A stretch of 32,000 nt of DNA from an uncultured archaeon (GCA_964589775.1 CAZPUN010000037.1:14057-46056); one strand, 5' to 3'. Numbered from the stretch's first letter, positions 1-9,231 are shown. Notes: generated from the letters alone by a model not told the origin. Translations and numbers: made by a program.

Positions 1-290
1 ATATAGTGATTACTTAGTTCAAAAAGACCAAGAGCTTGCCCAAGTTCTAGTAATTTGTCTTCCTTTACAAGTAGGAAAGATTTTGCAAAGTGCTTGAAAG
101 CCAGCGAATGTATAATTTCCAAGATCAATAAAATAGTTTCTTGAGAGTCTTTATTGGACCATAGTTCCATAAGATTTTCAATTGGTAATTTAGACGCATT
201 TTCAAAAATCTCACTAGCCGCATCAAAATTTCCGGCATCCATCTTTTTTAGACCATCATCAATTAATTTACCGAATTCTGAGTGTAACAT
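1..290 (-). CDS. Partial hypothetical alpha-helical/TPR-like protein (N-terminal ~96 aa; runs off left edge)
   Basis: Manual translation from ATG at 290 is open to position 1: MLHSEFGKLIDDGLKKMDAGNFDAASEIFENASKL... The G..kM..GnfdaA.e.Fe.A pattern is TPR-like. GTGA-like RBS upstream. Divergent from the 378 ORF. Not in the ORF track because it has no stop in the window. Confidence 0.75.
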   Translation of the reverse strand, partial: MLHSEFGKLIDDGLKKMDAGNFDAASEIFENASKLPIENLMELWSNKDSQETILLILEIIHSLAFKHFAKSFLLVKEDKLLELGQALGLFELSNHY

Positions 291-377
291 AGAACATCAC
301 AAATAAGGATATAATGAAAACATATTTAAAATAATAGCAGTTTGAAGACTTGAATTGAAACATGGAAGTGGGAAAAT

Positions 378-1736
378 ATGACGATTATGAAATATAATCC
401 CGACGAAATTCAAGATTTACTAAAATCAGGCAAAATAACAATTGCAGTTATAGGTCTTGGGAGAATTGGATTACCAACTGCGGTTTTATTTGCAAATGCC
501 GGAGCTAAAGTAATTGGTGTAGATGTTGATGAAAAGAAAGTCGAAATGGTAAATAATGTGCAAAACTATATTGATGAACCGGGACTTGACGAATTATTTG
601 AAAAAGTTGTAAAGAGCAAAAATCTTGTAGCAACTACAGATGGAGTAGATGCTGTAAAGAAAGCACACGTATCAATTATATGCGTTCCTACACCAGTAAT
701 TGAGACAAAAGCACCAGATTATAGATGGGTAATTAGTGCAACTGAGACTATTGCGAAAGGAATTCAGAAAGATGCAATGGTTATCATTGAAAGTACTGTG
801 GCACCTGGGACTTTAGAAGAGTTAGTAATTCCAATTATCGAAAAGAAAACTGGAATGAAAGCAGGGATCGATTTTGGAGCTGCCAGCTGCCCCGAACGTG
901 CAGACCCGGGAACTATAATTACAAAATTCGATAAAATCCCCAGAATTGTAGGGGGTATAAATGAAAAGTCTACCCAGATTGCTAAGAACTTGTATTCACC
1001 AATTGTAAATGGCAAGATTGTTACCGTATCAAATCCAAAGACAGCAAACGCAGTAAAGCTTACTGAAAATATATTTAGAGATGTAAATATCGCTTTGATG
1101 AATGAATTTGCTGTACTCTATGAAAAATTAGGTATAAATGCTTTTGAAGTGATTCAAGGGGCATCTACAAAATGGAATTTCTTGCCACACTATCCAGGTG
1201 CAGGAGTTGGAGGACCGTGCCTACCTGCAAACTCATATTATATTGTTGAAAAGGGCTTTAAAGTCGGATTCATTCCATATATTATAAGACTTGCAAGAGA
1301 AGTTAATGATCGTATGCCTCATGAAGTAGTTAGAATCACTATGGAAGCATTAAACGAAGCGAAAAAACCACTAAATGGATCTAAAATTGCCATATTAGGC
1401 ATTACATACAAGCCAGGTGTTAAAGATACACAAATTTCTCCAGCACATATAATTGTTGATGAACTAATAGCACGGAAAGTAAATCTTCTAATATATGATC
1501 CATTGTACAAAGGAGAAGAATTCCACGGCATAAAGATAGAGAACTCAATTGATGATGCAATTAAAGATGCAGATGCAATAGTTTTCATAACTGCCCATAA
1601 GGAATTCAAGGAATTATCATTAGAATCATTAGCAAAGAAAATTAAGAGCCCACCCGTCATAGTTGATGGAAGAGGTATTTTTGCTCTAACTGAAAAACCA
1701 AGCGATATAATATATAGAGGTATAGGCCTGCCATAA
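378..1736 (+). CDS. Nucleotide-sugar dehydrogenase (UDP-glucose/GDP-mannose/UDP-ManNAc dehydrogenase family, WecC/WbpA-like)
   Basis: Rossmann motif IGLGRIGLP; CVPTP; IIESTVAPGT; PER; KLTENIFRDVNIAL; catalytic GVGGPCLP; LGITYK; DGRG. Confidence 0.93.
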   Translation: MTIMKYNPDEIQDLLKSGKITIAVIGLGRIGLPTAVLFANAGAKVIGVDVDEKKVEMVNNVQNYIDEPGLDELFEKVVKSKNLVATTDGVDAVKKAHVSIICVPTPVIETKAPDYRWVISATETIAKGIQKDAMVIIESTVAPGTLEELVIPIIEKKTGMKAGIDFGAASCPERADPGTIITKFDKIPRIVGGINEKSTQIAKNLYSPIVNGKIVTVSNPKTANAVKLTENIFRDVNIALMNEFAVLYEKLGINAFEVIQGASTKWNFLPHYPGAGVGGPCLPANSYYIVEKGFKVGFIPYIIRLAREVNDRMPHEVVRITMEALNEAKKPLNGSKIAILGITYKPGVKDTQISPAHIIVDELIARKVNLLIYDPLYKGEEFHGIKIENSIDDAIKDADAIVFITAHKEFKELSLESLAKKIKSPPVIVDGRGIFALTEKPSDIIYRGIGLP

Positions 1737-1749
1737 AAAAGGCAAGCCT
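1724..1749 (-). terminator. Stem-loop at the convergent junction of the dehydrogenase gene and serS
   Basis: Minus strand AGGCUUGCC-UUUUUUAU-GGCAGGCCU forms a 9-bp stem with one G-U pair, just after the serS stop codon. Confidence 0.5.
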
Positions 1750-1757
1750 TCAATTAT

Positions 1758-3317
1758 TTATTTTTTAGGCCATGTCAATAACTTAAGTGGCTCGGGTAAC
1801 TTATCGCCAATTATTCTGCGAATCTCTTTAGGCCAATTATCATAATCAAACCCATAGCGAATTAGAAATACATACGCCCAACGTGATGGCCCAATTCCAG
1901 TACAACCAGTCCAAACAGTTCTCTTGTTCTTATCCTTAAAGTGAAATCGATTAGCATAGAAATCAGTATGTACATGGAATGATGCAATTTCAAGTTCTGC
2001 CTCGGGACGACTAATAGTCTTGAACGGTAGAAGTGCAGTTAGATCATATGTTTTTACAAATTCGGAAGATTCAGATTCAACATTGCCAGAATGTTCAAGA
2101 TAAACTGCAGTCGTCGCATCAATTCGATATTCTAGATCAAATATTTTATCGATCACATTTTCAGCTAAATCAAGTAGTTTATCTCGGATTTCAATGACTT
2201 TTTCTGGGCTAGAAAGATATACAAATTCCAATCTGTGAAATTCATTTAGCCGCTCAATTCCTTTTAATCCACCGCCCTCATAACGCCAAGTTGGACCATT
2301 CCTATCAAAATATCGTATAGGATTTTCAATGAATTTATCAATATCCATTTTTTCGCCACTGAATATTTCATAAAATGGTTCACACTGGGCATATGCAAGA
2401 CCGTATGCAGGCGCTTTTAATTTTGTACGTAGTAATTCTTCTTGAGGCGAGCCCGTAATTTCAACTAGATCAATGTAATCTTCAAAGTCTTTTGCATTAC
2501 GGGATATAGGTGGAGATACCCAGAATAATTCGTAAGGAATTGCCAAGTGCCCTTTTTTCATTTGAACTTCAATAGGTACTAATCGGGGAAGAAAAACTTC
2601 GACAAATCCTGCAGGTTTGACTATTTTCTCAATTACTAATTGTTCAATCGCTCTAAGTAATGCAGCATATGGAGGTAAGATCTGCCACACACCAGCAGCC
2701 GGAAATTCCTTTATCCAACCTAATTTTAATAGATCACGGGTTGGATCTTTGTCTAATACATACTTATCCAATTTTGGAGAACTTCTACGAATTGTACGGG
2801 AATATGCAGCTTTACCTTTGATACTTTGAGCGCGAACTTTTTCATGAATTCGTTTAATAATACGATCAACATAATTCTTTCTAAGTCCTTCTTCATCAAT
2901 TCCTTCAATTTCTAATTTTACATGCTTTCCATCAATTTCTAAAGATTTTGAGAACGGAATAGTAATTGATTCAATGGGTTCGGTGTCTAATTCAAATTCT
3001 ACTAATAACTCATCAATCTCAATGTTTCTTAATCCAATGTGATATTTACGGCCCAGGTCGGATACCAAACTATTCTTGAAGCGAAGCACAGCTACATGAG
3101 CACGCAACCTTGTTCCGCTAATAATATGAAGATATAGACTATCATCACGAATTTCCCATGAGGTGATTTTGGCACCTTCATCAAGCTGGTCTTTAGGAAT
3201 TCCTTTCGTAAATAACTTTTCATTTGCATTGTCGACAAATTCCTTTATGAACTCTGCACCTTCTTTCGGGAATGGACCACTGAATTTCATATGAACTTTC
3301 ATATCAATTTTGAACAT
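1758..3317 (-). CDS. serS: Seryl-tRNA synthetase, methanogen (type 2, Zn-dependent) form
   Basis: Large N-terminal tRNA-binding domain (SGTRLRAHVAVLR...GRKYHIGLR). Motifs AQCEPFY, DRNGPTWRYEGGG..GIERLNEFHRLE and WTGCTGIG..RW...GFDYDNWP. Start moved from the ORF-track 3356 to ATG 3317 (MFKIDM). Confidence 0.93.
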   Translation of the reverse strand: MFKIDMKVHMKFSGPFPKEGAEFIKEFVDNANEKLFTKGIPKDQLDEGAKITSWEIRDDSLYLHIISGTRLRAHVAVLRFKNSLVSDLGRKYHIGLRNIEIDELLVEFELDTEPIESITIPFSKSLEIDGKHVKLEIEGIDEEGLRKNYVDRIIKRIHEKVRAQSIKGKAAYSRTIRRSSPKLDKYVLDKDPTRDLLKLGWIKEFPAAGVWQILPPYAALLRAIEQLVIEKIVKPAGFVEVFLPRLVPIEVQMKKGHLAIPYELFWVSPPISRNAKDFEDYIDLVEITGSPQEELLRTKLKAPAYGLAYAQCEPFYEIFSGEKMDIDKFIENPIRYFDRNGPTWRYEGGGLKGIERLNEFHRLEFVYLSSPEKVIEIRDKLLDLAENVIDKIFDLEYRIDATTAVYLEHSGNVESESSEFVKTYDLTALLPFKTISRPEAELEIASFHVHTDFYANRFHFKDKNKRTVWTGCTGIGPSRWAYVFLIRYGFDYDNWPKEIRRIIGDKLPEPLKLLTWPKK

Positions 3318-3438
3318 TTTTTTCCGTCCCACATTTATTTTTGTATAAGAGTACAATAAATGAAATATAAGTCTTTTAATGCAGATAATAAATTGTGGTG
3401 TTTATCAATATTTTTCTTGTTAACAAATTGATTAAAAA

Positions 3439-4395
3439 ATGACGGCGCGTAGGAAAATCAAAGATGCGGATGTTAAGAAGATTTCGGATATTATATTAAA
3501 TCAAGGATTTACAACCATAAATGGGCTTGCAAATGCAACTGCACTAACATATACTACGATTAAGAAACTCCTTTTTGATCGCTTAAAACTAAGAATCAAA
3601 GGTTATATTGATTGGAAACGATTAGGATTAATTCCAATAATTATTAAATTTAGACACCCAAGACAATTACTCACAGGTGATTACGTCCTGGGAACATTCA
3701 TTTCAAATTTTCCAATTGGAGCATACTTTCAATATATGTTACTCCCACCAGAAGTTATTTTAGACTTAAAGCGAGCACTGCACTTAGTAGATGCGCAAGA
3801 TACAACAATGTACGATATTTCATTAATTAATTATGAAGTAAATTTACATAATGATTTTAATTTAAATTTAAGAACATTCAAGTATACTCCACTTGATGAA
3901 TGGAACGTTCACCAGATTACGCAAAAACATCTAGAAATATTGAGAGAACTCCATAAAAATTACTTAATACAAAATAAAATCATCTCAAGATTAATCAAAT
4001 TAAGCACGATAACAACGTCCAAGTATAAACAAGAATTAATAAAAAACAAAATATTGATTCCACTTTTTGTATTCTCTGAGGAACAAAAGGAATGGTATAT
4101 CTCAATATTTTCAAAGAGAAATAATGAAAAATCTTATTCTTTTCAAGATAAGTATGTCTTTGAACTGAGCAATTTGCAAACGGGAGAAAAGGAATATTTG
4201 ACTGTTTTTGGAGCTAAATATGTAAGTCCAAGAAAAATCATAGAGATATATTATGAAAAGAAAAAACAAGAAGAAGATCTATATTTATTCATGAATATAA
4301 ACAAGCTTAGATTTCCAGATATCAAGTTGTATGATGAAAAAAATAAAAAATGGATTTGGAATTATGAAAGCATTGGACTTTCTGATATCATCTGA
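3439..4395 (+). CDS. Putative transcriptional regulator with two winged-helix domains (Lrp/AsnC-like archaeal family)
   Basis: N-terminal HTH TTINGLANATALTYTTIKK followed by IDWKRLGL (Lrp-like 'vDy.klGl' linker). Second HTH ILRELHKN...ISRLIKLSTITTSKYKQELIKNKIL. Divergent from serS. Confidence 0.6.
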   Translation: MTARRKIKDADVKKISDIILNQGFTTINGLANATALTYTTIKKLLFDRLKLRIKGYIDWKRLGLIPIIIKFRHPRQLLTGDYVLGTFISNFPIGAYFQYMLLPPEVILDLKRALHLVDAQDTTMYDISLINYEVNLHNDFNLNLRTFKYTPLDEWNVHQITQKHLEILRELHKNYLIQNKIISRLIKLSTITTSKYKQELIKNKILIPLFVFSEEQKEWYISIFSKRNNEKSYSFQDKYVFELSNLQTGEKEYLTVFGAKYVSPRKIIEIYYEKKKQEEDLYLFMNINKLRFPDIKLYDEKNKKWIWNYESIGLSDII

Positions 4396-5869
4396 TTCCA
4401 AATAATTTTCGGATCTTTTTGATAGGAGATGCATGAACAATACGTACCTGTAATAAACTCCATGACTCTTTTCTCATCGGATAATAGTCTAATGCAGCAA
4501 TACGATTCTTATTCCTAAGCTCATAAATTGTACGGAAAAGAAATTCGATCCATGCGCGCTCACTCATAGAACTAACTTTGAACAGAGTATCAAATAATGA
4601 ATAGCTCATATCAAAAACTAATGCACCATCTTCCAATAGGTCTGCAAGCTTATCTGTAACATATTTTTTATCTTCAACCTCAGATGATGCAAGAATTGGA
4701 ACGATTGAAAAATTATCAAATTGATTTATTAAAGTATCAAATACATTAGTTGATAGCTTGTATTTGAGTAAATTAATAAACGAATCGTATATTAGGGTCA
4801 CACGAGGAATAATAGCATTATTTTGCGATGCTTCATTAGATTTTTCGATATTTTCATTTGTTTCACTATTCGCTTCATCTGTAATTTCCTCGTTCTTTTC
4901 AGATTCTTGCTTTTGCGCGCCTAAGTCGTATAAGATATTTTCAATTAATAATGGAGCAAAAATCTCATAGATCGTTTTCTTTGTATCATTAAAAATAATT
5001 GTAATTCTATGATTTCGAATTGCTTCAATTAACTGCTCATGCTCATCATCAGAAATAAATTCCTTGAGCTTTTCGGGAGCATAACCTTCACGAACGCGAT
5101 CATCCCATTCTTGAAATACTTGCTGAACTTCTTTCTTCCTACGGTCCTTAACTAAACTCATAAATCGTGACAAATATTTTACGCCTTTAGAAACAGCAGT
5201 TCCGGGACTTACAAACACCGTTAAAAGTGTAAGAGCTTCACCTGCAACATCAGAGGACTCTGCTTCTTTTATTTTACCCATCAATTCGTCGGTAATGGAA
5301 GGAGGACCCAGTTGCTCTACCAATAACTCATATAGATCTTCAAAATTGCTTATTTGAGCTTCTTCTTGAGATACGTCACGCATAACAGGAGATGCATCAG
5401 TCAATATTTTTGCGAGCTCATCTGAATGTTTTGATAACCAATCCATTGATAGTTTTGCATGCGGAAATTCGTTTAACCACGGTTTAACATTATTGTTGAT
5501 ACCCAGACGAAATATAGTGTAGTCTTCTAATTCTCCAGAGAGAATAGACATGAACTGCTGAAATCCCTCTAATGTAGATAAATTATATTCATGATTATGA
5601 AGGGTATCTAAGAAAATTATAATATGCGATTGATTATCAAGAATCCAATTTGTAAGTGCAATTGTTGCTTGTTCAGAAGTCATTAATGCATCTTCACTAT
5701 CATGAAAAGGTTGATCATAATAGGTAAGAATTGAAAAGCGCTTTATATCTCTTTTAGTAACTTTTTCAAAAAGATGTTTGAATACAGCGTAACCTGATTG
5801 ATATCGCGACAACATTTCTGCATTCAATTCAAAGGTATCGGACATTTCATCATTCAATTCGTCTGACAT
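4388..5869 (-). CDS. Hypothetical protein; probable inactive HerA/FtsK-like P-loop derivative
   Basis: Long ORF with GGGA RBS-like sequence. Segments HIIIFLDTLHNHEY, PRVTLIYDSFINLL and FSIVPILASSEVED occur in the same order as HerA motifs, but there is no GxxGxGKS. Confidence 0.55.
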   Translation of the reverse strand: MSDELNDEMSDTFELNAEMLSRYQSGYAVFKHLFEKVTKRDIKRFSILTYYDQPFHDSEDALMTSEQATIALTNWILDNQSHIIIFLDTLHNHEYNLSTLEGFQQFMSILSGELEDYTIFRLGINNNVKPWLNEFPHAKLSMDWLSKHSDELAKILTDASPVMRDVSQEEAQISNFEDLYELLVEQLGPPSITDELMGKIKEAESSDVAGEALTLLTVFVSPGTAVSKGVKYLSRFMSLVKDRRKKEVQQVFQEWDDRVREGYAPEKLKEFISDDEHEQLIEAIRNHRITIIFNDTKKTIYEIFAPLLIENILYDLGAQKQESEKNEEITDEANSETNENIEKSNEASQNNAIIPRVTLIYDSFINLLKYKLSTNVFDTLINQFDNFSIVPILASSEVEDKKYVTDKLADLLEDGALVFDMSYSLFDTLFKVSSMSERAWIEFLFRTIYELRNKNRIAALDYYPMRKESWSLLQVRIVHASPIKKIRKLFGIR

Positions 5870-5928
5870 AAGCTATCCCGTGTCTAAAATAGTACATTTA
5901 CTATTAAAAAGCTATCTAAATCGCAACA

Positions 5929-5950
5929 AAATAAAAAAGAAAAAAGAATA
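5929..5950 (-). terminator. Oligo-T archaeal terminator after the prenyltransferase-repeat gene
   Basis: Minus strand TATTCTTTTTTCTTTTTTATTT immediately after the stop at 5955. Confidence 0.55.
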
Positions 5951-5954
5951 GATT

Positions 5955-7097
5955 TTATTCTATTTTTAGACCAATTCCAATCAATATAACAGCAATTGCA
6001 ACAAGCATAATCAAAGTAATATATTCCCATGGGAATGGTCCTTCAGGAACTAATGGATTTGGTTCAGAAAGTCTGTCAATCTGCCCTAATGCATTAAGTG
6101 ATACAATTGCATTATATATATGATGTAATGAGCCAATGGAATTTAGTGGAGATAATGTAAAGCTGCCATCTGCTAATTGGCACTTTAAGATAAAATCAAC
6201 AACGGCATTATTGATTAACTGTAAGGAATCTAACGCTTGTAATGTTAAAATTGCGAATGTAGTAGATTGTAAATTGGTAGTATTGGAAATGTCAGATTCC
6301 ACAAAACCACCATAAGTAGTTGAGTTTTCATTGAGATCTTGAAGACTGAGAACCCAATTTATAATTGATGTGCGATTAGGTAACTGATCTAATGTGCCAA
6401 GGGCTTGTAAAGTTAAAACGCCCATCATTGTATTATATAGACTTGTAATGTTCTCATCAGGTTTAAACTTGAGACCATTTGCAGTTGTACAATTGATTAT
6501 CCAATTTGTAATTGCAGTTTTATTGACATATTCATTAAGATAATTTTCACCTAATGCAGAATAACTTTTTACTACAAGGAAAATAGATTCCATTGTGACT
6601 GTACCATTTGCATCGGTATATGTAAATAATCCATCATTTGTTTTTGTTTGGTTTAGCCATAAAGCTGCAGCTGTGATATTAGGCGATACTGTTGTTACAG
6701 ATTCAAGGTATGTCAATGCTTGCGCAGCATGAAACATACCATAAATATCAGGGGTACCACCTTCAACATTTGCAAAACCACCATAATGGCGAGTCCCAGT
6801 CGTCTCAACCCATTGAGAATCATTTATGAATTCTTTAGCTTGCGTAATGTTAAGATTGTCTCGGTTCAGAGCATTCAAAGCATCCAATGAAGCTATTGCC
6901 CAATGGGTTGCTGAAATACTCGCAATAGCGCCAGATTTTACACCATATCCACCAGTATCAGGTACCCATAAGTCTTTCAAATAAGATAGTACAGTATCGC
7001 GGCGGGAGGTGGGAGAAGCCGCAGCGAATGAAATAGATGATCCTGAAATCACGATTACTAATAATAATGTCGCAAATACATATCTTGATACTTTCAA
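5955..7097 (-). CDS. Secreted, C-terminally membrane-anchored prenyltransferase/squalene-cyclase-repeat (alpha/alpha toroid) protein
   Basis: Signal peptide MKVSRYVFATLLLVIVISG..AAA. About six repeats of the type WVLSLQ...GGF / FILKCQLADGSF. C-terminal TM helix YITLIMLVAIAVILIGIGL. 11 N-X-S/T sequons. TTG start with GGAGG RBS. Confidence 0.8.
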   Translation of the reverse strand: MKVSRYVFATLLLVIVISGSSISFAAASPTSRRDTVLSYLKDLWVPDTGGYGVKSGAIASISATHWAIASLDALNALNRDNLNITQAKEFINDSQWVETTGTRHYGGFANVEGGTPDIYGMFHAAQALTYLESVTTVSPNITAAALWLNQTKTNDGLFTYTDANGTVTMESIFLVVKSYSALGENYLNEYVNKTAITNWIINCTTANGLKFKPDENITSLYNTMMGVLTLQALGTLDQLPNRTSIINWVLSLQDLNENSTTYGGFVESDISNTTNLQSTTFAILTLQALDSLQLINNAVVDFILKCQLADGSFTLSPLNSIGSLHHIYNAIVSLNALGQIDRLSEPNPLVPEGPFPWEYITLIMLVAIAVILIGIGLKIE

Positions 7098-7182
7098 ACT
7101 GTAAGCCTCCGTGAGCTTGAGATTTTAGCTTCTCGGAATAGGAGCCGCTTTTGAAAACGACGTTGTGACAGCATCTTATAAT
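7098..7182 (-). promoter_or_regulatory. Promoter (TTATAA at 7176-7181) and GC-rich structured 5' leader
   Basis: The leader AAGCGGCUCC...CCGAGAAGCU-AAAAUCUCA-AGCUCACGGAGGCUU can pair so that the GGAGG RBS is hidden. Confidence 0.4.
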
Positions 7183-7263
7183 TCTTTTGCATTAAAACAA
7201 AATTCACTCTTAAATATTTTCATTATATAATCTTATCACAATAAAAAAGAAAAAGAGAGAAGA

Positions 7264-8229
7264 TTATTTCTTAGCGTACCAGCCACCTTGAATGTGAAGA
7301 TAGGCGGAGTTTGCAGCAGTTGCACCCTGACCAACTGCAACAGAGATCTGTTTAAATCCTAAAGACACATCACCCGCAGCATAAACACCAGGAATATTTG
7401 TTTCCTGTTGCATATTTGTTATAATTTCACCAGACTCATTAACTTTGACACCAGCCTCAGCTGCAATCTTACTTTCGGGAATTTCACCAATTTCTACAAA
7501 AACACCATCACATTCAATTGTTCGTTCTTCACCCGTCTTATTATTTATTATTCTCACACCTTTGACTCTATCTTCACCAAGAATCTCCTTGACCTCGGTA
7601 TTCCAGAGTACTTCAATATTGCTAGCTAAAACTCGCTCTTTTAATACTTTTTCAGCTCTAAAATCATCACGCCTATGAACAAGATAGGTTTTTGAAGCCA
7701 CATCTTTTATGTATAGTGCATCTGTTAAGGCAGTATTTCCTCCACCAACTACGACAACTGTTTTTCCACGAAATAGAGGTGCATCACAAGTTGCGCACTG
7801 ACTAACACCACGTCCTTGCAATTCTTCCTCACCAGGAACACCTAATTTTCGGTGATGCGTTCCGGTAGCAATAATTATTGCTTTAGCCGTGAAAACTTCA
7901 GAACCAACATACACCTTTTTAGAATCTCCGTTTAACTCCAATTTTGTAACTTCAGTAATTTCTTTAATAGTTGCACCCGCTCGCTTAACTTGATTCTTCA
8001 TACGATCAGTAAGTTCAGAGCCAGATATTTCTTCAAATCCAGGATAATTCTCAATTAATGGTGATACTGCTTGATTCCCGCCAACTACTGCTTTTTCCAT
8101 TATTAATGTTTTTAATCCATAGCGTGCACCATAAATTGCAGCAGTCATACCGGCAGGACCACCACCAATAATAATAAGGTCCCAATCTTTTTCAATACCA
8201 GTACTTGTTCCCAATCCTAAACTAAACAT
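7264..8229 (-). CDS. trxB: Thioredoxin-disulfide reductase
   Basis: IIGGGPAG; GRGVSQCATCD (CxxC); GGGNTA; HRRDDFRA (NADPH-type); GVYAAGD. Oligo-T tract follows at ~7241-7260. Confidence 0.96.
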   Translation of the reverse strand: MFSLGLGTSTGIEKDWDLIIIGGGPAGMTAAIYGARYGLKTLIMEKAVVGGNQAVSPLIENYPGFEEISGSELTDRMKNQVKRAGATIKEITEVTKLELNGDSKKVYVGSEVFTAKAIIIATGTHHRKLGVPGEEELQGRGVSQCATCDAPLFRGKTVVVVGGGNTALTDALYIKDVASKTYLVHRRDDFRAEKVLKERVLASNIEVLWNTEVKEILGEDRVKGVRIINNKTGEERTIECDGVFVEIGEIPESKIAAEAGVKVNESGEIITNMQQETNIPGVYAAGDVSLGFKQISVAVGQGATAANSAYLHIQGGWYAKK

Positions 8230-8277
8230 TTTAATCGACCTCTTTTAATTTTATTCAATATGATATTCTATTATATC

Positions 8278-9153
8278 TCATCTTTTTATTATTTTATGAA
8301 TGTATTTATATAGCTCATCTTTTCGATTTGCCTCAGGAGATAAATACAAAGGAATCTCACTTTTCAAATAAGACATAGCTTCTTGTGCCTTAATAGTATA
8401 TATTTTTGAAGAATCTGGTGAAATGTAGTCTATGGCCTTCTTAAAGCGTTCACCACTATAAGGAAATACATGACCTGGAGCAACTACAAGTACTAAATCA
8501 ACACTATTTATTTCTTGAAAAGGCCATGCCAAATTATTAAAGCTTTCAATAATCAGAAAATCAGACTTGCCTTTTAAATAATTAAAAGTACTATAAATTG
8601 ATTCCTCATAATATCTATAAAATAAACTATTCAATTGTGCGATACTATCTACAACAATCAATTCATTAACATTTGAAAGTAATGCATCAGTCTCCTCATC
8701 AGATAAGAAAGTAACTCCTGTTTCGATAGGTTGCTTAGCATATAGAAAAATATTATGGATCGTGTTGTTTTTGTAAAGAGAATACCGTTCGATTGCAAAT
8801 ATAGAAACCCAGCTAGTCAAAAACAAATTATACATTGCAAAAGGTTCTGTAGGTGATTGTAATCTTGCAGGTACAGCAAGGCGATGATTTGGATTTATTA
8901 TTTCATATGGGATTCCACTTTTGGCTATGGTTTCTAGCTGGTCAATATCGCTACTGAATAACCTTTTTTGATCGATACACTTTTTTGTGTGGTCATATTT
9001 AAACCAATAATGGTGACCACTCTTAGGCTTATACGGAATAACTGAATAGCCCATTTCTTTAATGGTCTGAATGACGCGTTTAGCAACTGTAGTTTTTCCG
9101 GAATCAAACTCAAGCATACCTGTGATCAAGATTGTATAAGTCATCAAGCTCAC
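8278..9153 (-). CDS. Archaeal predicted P-loop ATPase (COG4028-like; BioD/CobQ-type Walker A)
   Basis: LITGMLEFDSGKTT, PYKPKSGHHYW, E.INP, LIIESFNN.AWP and VLVVAPG, all typical of this uncharacterised family. Confidence 0.75.
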   Translation of the reverse strand: MSLMTYTILITGMLEFDSGKTTVAKRVIQTIKEMGYSVIPYKPKSGHHYWFKYDHTKKCIDQKRLFSSDIDQLETIAKSGIPYEIINPNHRLAVPARLQSPTEPFAMYNLFLTSWVSIFAIERYSLYKNNTIHNIFLYAKQPIETGVTFLSDEETDALLSNVNELIVVDSIAQLNSLFYRYYEESIYSTFNYLKGKSDFLIIESFNNLAWPFQEINSVDLVLVVAPGHVFPYSGERFKKAIDYISPDSSKIYTIKAQEAMSYLKSEIPLYLSPEANRKDELYKYIHKIIKR

Positions 9154-9178
9154 CTATAAAATATACACAACAATACAA

Positions 9179-9226
9179 AGAAAAATAAAAATATAAGAAA
9201 ATTTATCGCGGATTAAAACCGCGATA
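9179..9226 (-). terminator. Hairpin plus U-tract closing the hdr-sdh operon
   Basis: Perfect 8-bp inverted repeat TATCGCGG-N7-CCGCGATA (9204-9226), 5 nt after the stop codon, followed on the minus strand by TTTTCTTATATTTTTATTTTTC. Confidence 0.7.
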
Positions 9227-9231
9227 TGCAT

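Noticed and set aside
3229-3238. TTGTCGACAA palindrome resembling the 29547 operator arms
   Set aside because: Lies inside serS coding sequence (FVDN) as a single site. Likely chance.
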